The notes under the pieces are model-generated. The model did no database searches and had not been told where the DNA came from. It saw only the letters and a program-made list of their open reading frames with translations. From Rhodothermales bacterium (GTDB lineage: Bacteria > Bacteroidota > Rhodothermia > Rhodothermales > VXPQ01): 64,000 nucleotides of DNA. Numbering within the stretch: position 1 is the stretch's first letter; each line of letters starts with the position of its first letter. Position numbers and translations under genes: made by a program. The DNA lies in contig JBBDTI010000072.1 of the NCBI GenBank assembly GCA_040904565.1, positions 9,022-73,021 on the forward strand, read 5' to 3'. Below, one piece after another: positions 1 through 8,900 of the stretch.

Positions 1-1
1 T

Positions 2-670
2 GAGCATGACGGACGGGAGCTCTGGTACGAGTATCACGCGAACGAATCGGACGAGCCGGACAATGTATTATTCCACGCGCTCGGAGCGTGGCGCATCGGC
101 GAGGGCTTTCACGACGTCCTCTGGAATCCGGCATTCACGGTGCCCGCTTCCCAGATCCTTGATGGGCCGGTCCGCTTCTGGCACGACCAGCTCTTCTGCA
201 AGCCGGCACGCCACGGGGGCGTCGTAGCCTGGCATCAGGATTATTCGTACTGGACTCGAACTCAGCCCATGGCCCACCTGACGTGCTGGGTGGGGCTCGA
301 CGACGCCACGGTCGACAACGGCTGTATTCACTACATCCCAGGGAGCCACGAATGGGACCTGCTGCCGGTCACCGGTCTGGCAAACGACATGGACGCAATT
401 CAACAGGTGCTGAGCGAGGACCAAAAGAGACGTTTCAAGCCGGTCGCGGTGGAGCTGAAAGCAGGCGAGGCGACATTTCATCACCCGCGAATGGTGCATG
501 GATCGTATGCGAACCGGACCGACCGTCCTCGCCGGGCCATGGTGATCAACGTCGTGCGCGACGGCGTCGCCTCGGCAACGGATGAATCGCTCCTCGAAGG
601 GGTGCCGCCGGTTCCGAAGGGGCAGCCGCTCCGAGGCCGATTCTTCCCGCTTCTGTACGCCGGCGCCTGA
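2..670 (+). CDS. Phytanoyl-CoA dioxygenase (PhyH) family Fe(II)/2-oxoglutarate oxygenase, 5'-partial
   Basis: Frame is open from the window edge ([12 protein letters not shown]...). Contains WHQD (HxD), [16 protein letters not shown], and the distal His in MVHGSYAN...RRA. Confidence 0.9.
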   Translation, partial: EHDGRELWYEYHANESDEPDNVLFHALGAWRIGEGFHDVLWNPAFTVPASQILDGPVRFWHDQLFCKPARHGGVVAWHQDYSYWTRTQPMAHLTCWVGLDDATVDNGCIHYIPGSHEWDLLPVTGLANDMDAIQQVLSEDQKRRFKPVAVELKAGEATFHHPRMVHGSYANRTDRPRRAMVINVVRDGVASATDESLLEGVPPVPKGQPLRGRFFPLLYAGA

Positions 671-705
671 GTTCGGGCGTGGGCCCGCCGACATCCCGTC
701 CAGCC

Positions 706-939
706 TCAGGCCGCACTGAGAGCGAAGTGCGTGCGCGCTTCCGCGGCCACCTGCGCCGAATGATCCTCCGTCAGCGCGTACAACACGTCTACGGCCGCGT
801 CTTCCTTCACGTAATACGTCCGGATGCCGCGCACAACGACGAAATAGGGTCCATGGACGCTCCACGCGTCGATGACGCCGATTTCGGCCGCCATTGGCAG
901 TAGCTGGATTACCGGCTTGCGGTGTATAGAATTCGACAT
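706..939 (-). CDS. Small hypothetical protein (77 aa), paralogue of 34706..34918
   Basis: SD-like GAGGTGAGGT directly before ATG. 16/44 ungapped identities to the ORF at 34706. Confidence 0.7.
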   Translation of the reverse strand: MSNSIHRKPVIQLLPMAAEIGVIDAWSVHGPYFVVVRGIRTYYVKEDAAVDVLYALTEDHSAQVAAEARTHFALSAA

Positions 940-1272
940 ACCTCACCTCGTTGGTCCTTGTGCGATCCTCTTGCAGAAGTATCGACGGCGGCGGCGTGGT
1001 TCTACATAGGCGAAAGCTCAGATTTTGCCTGGCTGAGTCTCCCGAAATCAGCCTCGGAAGATCCGCCTAGAGGCGGCGGCTGCCAACGACCGTGGATCCG
1101 GTTGCGTGTACCACTCTCAGGAGGTGCTTAGCCGGCGGTCAGTCCGTTACACTCGACCTCATCGGCCTGGGTCCACTCGATGGAATTAACTATTCAACCG
1201 TCTACACGACGAACGTAGGAGCCACGGAAAACGAGGAGCGAACCGCATTTCTGCGGAGGTTCCAGGCCGGCG

Positions 1273-1731
1273 TTAGTCAAGCGGCCGCGCACGGACGCCC
1301 TCGAACGGCCCGGCAGGGCTGTCGCTGACGGCCACGCCGATGCCGCCAACCGCATCGTCGTGTTGAATGTCGTTGGCGGCGAAAAAGTAGTAATACCGGC
1401 CGTCCTTTTCTATAGCGGAAGGCGCCCACATCGCGCTGTCCGCCCAGGCGACGCGCGCCATATCGAGAATGCGCGGATGCTTGGTCCAGTTGACGAGATC
1501 GGGGGAGGAAAACGCGTCGAAGAACAGCTGCTCGTCGTAGGGCGCAGAATAGGTGGGGTACACCCAGTATCTGTCCTCGAAGATCAGCCCTTCCGGATCC
1601 GCATACCAGTCCTCTACGATCGGATTGCCGGCGCGGTTTTCTTCCTGGGACGGGCCGTCGGTAGCATCCGGTGGCGCGCAGCCCTGTATGACGAAAATCG
1701 CGAGCAGCAGCGGTAACAAGATCTGCTTCAT
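1273..1731 (-). pseudogene. Glycoside hydrolase family 43 lipoprotein, C-terminally truncated (~152 aa)
   Basis: Lipobox IQGC, NPIVEDWYADP, SSPDLVNW, MWAPSAIEKDGRYYYFF, GIGVAVSDSPAGPF, then stop. No GH43-like continuation recognised downstream. Confidence 0.75.
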
Positions 1732-1785
1732 GGTTGGACGTGCAAGCACAATGATCTGCGGGATACGGTCATGACGACTCGACAC

Positions 1786-1805
1786 AGTTATTAAAAGTAA
1801 TAACT
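1786..1805. promoter_or_regulatory. Perfect 8-4-8 AT-rich palindrome, candidate operator
   Basis: AGTTATTA-AAAG-TAATAACT between the divergent GH43 remnant and TIM-barrel gene. Confidence 0.45.
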
Positions 1806-1935
1806 ATAAAGGTCTTGGACCCCATCGAGCAGGCGCATGACGGCGCTATCCCATGCCACACCTGGTAAATCCTCAGGGGGTGGATTAACTTATCTATGCT
1901 GATATCTGCTTCCATTCCAACTCACCCCAGTATTC

Positions 1936-2871
1936 ATGAGTACGTTCAACCGCAGACATTTCCTGGCGATGGGCTCGGCTGCCGCCGCAGGCCTGCTCGC
2001 AGCCGATAGCGCCGCTGGACGCGATCCGCGGCCCATTCCCTCCATCCTGACGACGGCGCCGTTCGACAGGCCGATCTCTTTTCAGTCGTACGGCATGCGC
2101 CATCAGATCGAAGAGGATTTCACCGGCACGCTGGAGCTGGTGAAGGAGCTCGGCTTCGACGGCGTGGAGATGTGCTCACCTCAGGGCAGGTATTATCGGA
2201 CGGCCGGCTACGGAAATCTGACGGACGTTCCCCCGGCCGACATTAAACAGCAGATCGAGGACGCCGGTCTGTTCTGCCGGTCCGCTCATTTCGAGGCCCA
2301 CGAGGTGCTGGAGGATGACCTGGAAAAAACGGTTGACTACGCGGCCGCTCTTGGGCTGCAGGACATCGTCATGTCCGGTTCGACGTTCGGGAACGACGGC
2401 ACCGAAGACGAGATCAAGCGGTGGGGAGAGCGGTGCAACGAGGCGGGAGAGTTCGTCCAGGCGGCCGGCCTGCGGCTCGGCTATCACAATCACCAGGTCG
2501 GGCCCATGGTCGGCGAGAAGCCCCAGTACGAGCACATTATGGATGCGCTCGAGCCCGGCCTGGTCACCATGCAGTTTCAGCTGGCGTCCATCTCCGGGGG
2601 CTTCGACCCGATCTATTATCTGGAAAAGTATGCCGGTCGGTATTCGTCGCTGCACATTGCCGACTACGATCCGGCCATGAAAAGCCGGCGGGCGGGCAGG
2701 CTCGGCATGGTGGTAGCCGTGGGCGACGGAATGGTCGACTGGGCCGCCGTGCTGCGTGCCTCGATGAAAAGCGACATGGCGGATCACGGCTTCATCATCG
2801 AGATGGAGACCGAACGACCGCTCGAAGACCTGCGGAAGAGCATCGCCCATCTGAAATCGGTGTCCGTGTAG
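1936..2871 (+). CDS. Tat-exported sugar phosphate isomerase/epimerase (xylose isomerase-like TIM barrel)
   Basis: Twin-arginine NRRHFL signal. GFDGVEM, LGYHNH, SLHIAD, VGDGMVDW, IIEME. Confidence 0.85.
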   Translation: MSTFNRRHFLAMGSAAAAGLLAADSAAGRDPRPIPSILTTAPFDRPISFQSYGMRHQIEEDFTGTLELVKELGFDGVEMCSPQGRYYRTAGYGNLTDVPPADIKQQIEDAGLFCRSAHFEAHEVLEDDLEKTVDYAAALGLQDIVMSGSTFGNDGTEDEIKRWGERCNEAGEFVQAAGLRLGYHNHQVGPMVGEKPQYEHIMDALEPGLVTMQFQLASISGGFDPIYYLEKYAGRYSSLHIADYDPAMKSRRAGRLGMVVAVGDGMVDWAAVLRASMKSDMADHGFIIEMETERPLEDLRKSIAHLKSVSV

Positions 2872-2926
2872 GAGGTCCGAGGCGCACCCGTAGCTCGCTC
2901 GTCTCACCTGCGGGCGCATGACGCCG

Positions 2927-5900
2927 TCATGATGACGGCCGGACTCTCGGCTGTACGACCACGTCGTGCCGCTCCCCGTCATCTGCGAGGGGAATTCCCG
3001 TTCCCTCGACGACGACTCCGTCGACGCGCACTTCCGCGGTGTGTCGGTCGATTTTGCCAGGCTCCCGGACGGTGATGGCGTATACGCTTCCGCCATGCCG
3101 ATATTCGACGGCGTACTCCGGCCAGGCGGCCGGCGCATGGGGGTCGATAAAGAGGACGTCCCCCTCCCTCGTGAACCCCAGTATCGCCTCGAGCCCGACA
3201 CGATACATCCAGCTTGCCGAGCCGGTGTACCACGTCCACCCGCCGCGACCAACGTGACCGGCGGCCGTGTACACGTCGGCCGCGACGACATAGGGCTCTA
3301 CCTTGTAGGTGGCGACGTCTTCGGGAGTGCGCGTGCGAGTGAGCGGATTGATCATCTGGAAGAGCTCAAAGGCACGGTCGCCCCGGCCCTGTAGCGCCGT
3401 TGCGAGGACGCTCCAGAGCGCGGCATGCGTGTACTGCGCTCCGTTCTCTCGCACGCCTGGCACGTAGCCTTTGATGTAGCCCGGATCCAGCGTCGTTCGG
3501 TCGAAGGGGGGCGTGAGAAGCGGTAGGAGCCGGGCGTCATCCCACACGAGGTGCTCCTCAAACGATCGCATCGCCTGCTCGCTCCTCGCAGCATCGCCGG
3601 CACCGGAAATCACGCTCCAGCTCTGGGCAATGGCATCGATACGGCACTCCGCGGCGGCGGCTGAGCCGAGGGGGGTGCCGTCGTCAAAGAAAGCACGGCG
3701 ATACCAGTCGCCGTCCCAGGCGTGTTCTTCGATCGCCGAGACGTAGGCGTCGCTCCGCACTCTGAAATCGGCGGCTACTGCCGCGTCGCCCCGCTCCTCG
3801 GCGTGTTCGGCGAACCGCCGCAGCGTCGTCACGAGGAACCACGCCAGCCAGACGCTCTCTCCTCGCCCCTCCACGCCGACACGGTTCATCCCGTCGTTCC
3901 AGTCCCCGATGCCGATCAGCGGCAAGCCGTGTGAGCCAACCGTGCAGGCCCGATCCAGGGCGCGGCGACAGTGCTCGTAGATGCTCGCATGCTCGTCGGT
4001 GACGAGAGGCAGGTCGTACACTTCGTGTTCGTGCGGTTCGAGAGACCGCATCGAGAGAAACGGTACGTGGACGTCGAGTACCGACCGATCACCGGTGACG
4101 CGCACGTACTGGTCGACGACGTAGGGAAGCCATGCCAGATCGTCCGAGAAGCGGGTTCGCACGCCTCGATCGCTGTGTGGATGCCACCAGTGCTGCACGT
4201 CCCCCTCGATAAACTGCCGGGCCGACGCGCGAATGATGTGCTCACGCGCTATCTCCGGCTCCGCGTAGAGGAATGCCAGTACGTCCTGGAGCTGGTCCCG
4301 GAACCCATATGCCCCGCCGCTCTGGTAAACGGCCGAGCGGGCCCACATCCGGCACGCGAGCGCCTGGTAGAGGGCCCAGTGATTGATCATGGCGTCGAAG
4401 GAGGGCTCAGGCGTTCGCACGGTGATCGCTGAAAGCCGGTGGGACCAGTCCTTCCGCGAGCGGGATACGGCCTCGAGAGCCGAGCTCCGGTCGCGATACT
4501 TTGCCAGGAGTCTGTCCGCGGCGTCCTCTCCTTCAGCAGCACCCAGCAGGAAGACGATCTCCCGCGACTCGCCGGGCGACAGCTCCAGCATGCATTGAAC
4601 GGCCGCACACGGGTCGACGCCGGTTTCGATCTCCCCGCCCAGCGTCGCCTCCCGCAGGCCGTGTGGGTCGGCCCGCGTACCGTTTCGGCCGATGAACGCC
4701 CGCCGGTCGCTCGTGTAGTCCGATAGGGGCTCACTCAGGGCACAGAATGCCACATGCTCCGCGAAATGCGGATCGAAAGTGTTCCGAGCGAATATGGCTC
4801 CGACGTCCGGTCGCGCGACGGTCCGTACCTGGTGTTGTGTATGTTCACGGAGCGCGCCAAGCGTCCATTCCGCGTACCCGGTTACCGAAAGACGTCTCGG
4901 CCGGGAGCTCTCGTTGGTAAGTCGGATGACGGAGATCTTCACGGCGTCTTCCGGCGCCATCGCCATTGTGAGGTCCGTGGCGATCTCCGCGAATTCGTGA
5001 CTGAAGGACGAGAAACCCGCACCATGCCGCACCGTGTATTCGACCTCTCGGCGGATCGGAGCGGGCGTGGCGCTCCAGAACGTGCGGGTCTCTTCGTCCC
5101 TTACGTAGAGCACTTCGCCCGGGGGGTCGGTGACCGGATCGTTGTGCCATGGCGTGAGGCGAAAGAAATGGCTGCTCCCGGCCCATGCAGAACCGGCACC
5201 CCGTTCGGTGACGATGAATCCGCCTTGCGCGTTCGCGATGACGTTCGCCCACGGCGCGGGCGGCACCCGGTCGCCACACACACGGATCTCATACGTGCCT
5301 TCGGGCAGGATCGTGCCGAATCCATTTTCAAACACCGAAGCGGTATCGCCTGGCGGTAGATCCGCCGCATCCGGATGGGCCTCCAAAAGCCCGACCACGC
5401 CGTGCTCGGACGCGGACTCCGAGGGTACGATCGCACGCACTGACGGTGAAGACGACTCGGAATGTATGTCCAGAGAATCAGAGGATAGTTCCACCTCCAG
5501 AATGCCGCTCAGAGATCGGCCGTCACACTCCACGTGGACGGGGGCGGTGGCGCGGAGCATGAGGAGTGCGTCGGCGCCGAGCTCGTCGAGCCGCCGGATG
5601 AATACACCTCCCGAGCGATCGAGCTGGTCGGAGGCGTATGTGGCGTAGAGCATCGCCACGATGGATTCGTTCAGTTCCCGCAGGTACGAGGGGGAGTCGG
5701 CATTGAGGATCACGAGGTCGACCATCATGCCGCGCCGCCGCCAGTAGTGGTGCGCGGATAGCAGCTCGCGGAGGGTCGGCAGGCCGTCCGACGACTTGAT
5801 CACGGCGACCAGAATCGGCCAGTCCCCCGAAAGGCCTAGCGACCAGAGGAGCGGTTGCGACCCGCGGTTACGGTCTCGCTCCTCTTTCGGAGCACGCAGG

Positions 5901-8900
5901 GAAGGAGACGGGTAGAACAGGCGACCTGCCAGCGCCTGAAATGCGGCGGCCTCCGCAGGCGTGGTGCCCAGCTCTCGCAGCTCGACCTGGGTGGAGGCCC
6001 ATGCGAGGTCGAGCGCACGCTGCGCGGCGTGTGAATCGTGGTATCGGTCGGCGAGCTCGAATGCCCGTTCGCGCGTCGTCGCGACAAGTGTCGTGAAGGC
6101 GGCGCCGGCCGATTGTCCCGGCTCCAGGTGCAGCCGGACGCGAAGGGCGAAAATCGGGTCGAGGACGGCCCCGGTCGTTTCCGAAAGTGGTCCGTCGGCT
6201 TCCAGTGCGACGGGATCACGTGCCGAGCGTCCGCGGCCGATAAATCGGGCACGATCGGTCTCGTACGATACGGGCTCGACGTGTTGCTTGTTGGTGTCAA
6301 CGACATGTACGCACCAGAGCGCGGGCTCGCTCGCCGACCGGGGCCGGCGCGTCGCGGTAATGGCCGTACACCACGCGTGCCATTCCGTCTCGACAAAGAG
6401 ATTCGAGAACGCCGGGTGTGCCCGCTCGGCGTCAGGCCCGGCCAGAACGATCTCGCCATAGCTCATCAAAACGACGTCGCGCGGCGTTTCACTGCAATTC
6501 GTCACCGTGACGCGGCGCACTTCCGCCGAATCCTCCGGCACCACCGTGATCTCCGTGTGCGTCTCGATGTCACGGTCGACGCGTAGGAACGATACGCGGT
6601 CCGAGGCGAGCAGCGCCCGATACTTGTCGGCAGGTGCACAGACAGGCTGATGGGCGGCCGACCACACGTGCCCGGTCGACATGTCCTTCAGGTAGCAGAA
6701 CTGACCGGTCTCGTCCATCGTCCCGTCGGCACGCCATCGAGTAACGGCCAGATCTTCGTAGCGGCTATACCCCCCGCCGCCGTTCGTCACCATGATCGTG
6801 TACGGCAGGCGGCCAAGCAGACCCACGCGGGGTTCCGGCGTCTGGGGCGTCTCTAGCTCGCGCACGACCGGCTGCTCGAGATCGGGATCGGGCAACCCCT
6901 CGCCGGCCCGTGTCGGCTGCGGCGGCTGAAGGACGAGACGTCGCGGAATCCGTTCGTAGAGAAGCAGCTCCGCGGCGCACACGAGCGGGTCGCTATGGAA
7001 GCGGCTCTGCCAGAGCTGCCCCTTCAGAACATTTGCCAGCGCGACAAGCCCCATTCCTATATGGTGAGCCATGTAGTTCCGGACGACCGCATAGCGCCGG
7101 CCCGGATCGGGGCGTGTGTAGTCGAGAGCGTCGTGAAAACCGTAGGGTCCGAGCGTCCCCATCGAATCCAGCCGGTCCAGATTGCTGAGCGCCGGCTGTG
7201 GGTCGACCATCATCGCGAGGGCGCTGGCATACGGAGCGATCACCAGGTCGCCTCCCAATCCTCGCTTCAGGGCGAGGTCCGGCACGCCGAAGGCCCGATA
7301 CTGGTAGGTCAGATGGCGGTCTCGCAGATTGTAAGCACTTTCGCTCATTCCCCACGGTACGCCGGCCGCTTCGGCGTACGCAATCTGCCGGCGGACGGCT
7401 CCCCGGTACGTCTGGCTGAGGAGGGTGACGGGGAACGAACGCATCACGAGCGCCGGCATGAGGTACTCGAACATACTGCCGCTCCACGAGACGAGTGCCG
7501 TCTCTCCGGCAGTACGTGTCAGGGTGCGGCCCAGGCTGAACCAGTGTTCGACGGGGACGTCGTTCTTCGCCACGGCGACGAAGCTGGTAAGGCGCGCTTC
7601 GGAGGCCAGGAGATCGTAATACGCCCCGTCGAACGTGTGGCCGCTTACATGATACCCGATCGAGAAGAGCTTCCGATCGTCGTCGAAGAGAAAGCGAAAA
7701 TCCATCTCCAGAGCGTACTTATACGCCCTGTGCGCGAGGCCCTCAAGGCGCGCAACCAGCGTTGTCGCAGCCGTAGACGAAGCGGCGCGCCGCCGCAGCG
7801 TGGGCGGTCCGGAATCCGAAGCGGAAATCGGCATTTCTTCCTCCTTCCGCGCGGCATCGATCCGTCGGATGACCCACTCCAGCCATTCTGAGGACGAACT
7901 CCCGTCATCGTGGCCCGCCTGCTGCACGAGGCGGAGTGCCTGCTCGACAGGCTCCGCGACGTCGTCCAGGTCCTCCTCGGCCGGGGAGGCGAGCACCTCG
8001 CGAGCGCGCCGCACCTGCTGCGCGGCACCTTCCTCAGAGCTGCCATCTAATCGCTCTTCGGCCAGCGCCAGCGCCGTCGCAAGGGCCTTCTTCGTACGCC
8101 CGTCGGAAAGAGGGTCGTCCGGAATCGTGAGACACGCCTGGCGCAGCGCGATCAGGTGGCCTGCGAGATTGCCGCTGTCTACCGTCGATATATAACTCGG
8201 CTCGAGTACGTTCAGATTATCCAGATCGTACCAGTTGTAAAAGTGGCCTCGAAACCGCTTCATCCGTTCGAGCGATCCGAAAACCTGCTCCAAGCGCTCC
8301 GTCATCTCGTGAGCCGTGACGAATCCGAGGTCGTATGCACTCGTCGTGGCCAGAAGCTGCAGACCGATATTCGTCGGCGACGTGCGCATCGCAATGATGG
8401 GTTCGGGATCCTCCTGGAAGTTGTCGGGAGCAAGCCACTGCGTCTCGGCGCTCACGAACCGGTCAAAGAATCGCCAGTGCAGGAGTGCGTAACGAAGAGC
8501 GCTCCGTCGCCCACTCGAGGAGAGCTCTTTCTCCGGCACCCGCAACGGACGGCCCAATGCGTGAGCGACAGCCGGCGAGGCCAGCCAGAGCCCGACGAGC
8601 GGCAGCACGGCAAGTATGCGCCGCCAGAGCGGCGAGATGGCGACGTCCGGATGCTCGACCACACCCCCATAGACACCCATCTCGAAACCGGCTGCCACGA
8701 CGAGGATCGCGGTTGCCAGCACGGTTACCGGCCGCATCGTGCGCCAGACGTCGACGCTCGAAGCGGACATGACCCGCTCCGTGGTCGAAGCCGTCTGCCA
8801 CTCCAACAGATGCCGGCGAGAGATAGAGACGCGCCAGAGCGTGCGGAATATCGCATCGGCCGAGATGATAGCCTGGTGCGCGAGAAAAGCGACGTAAATC

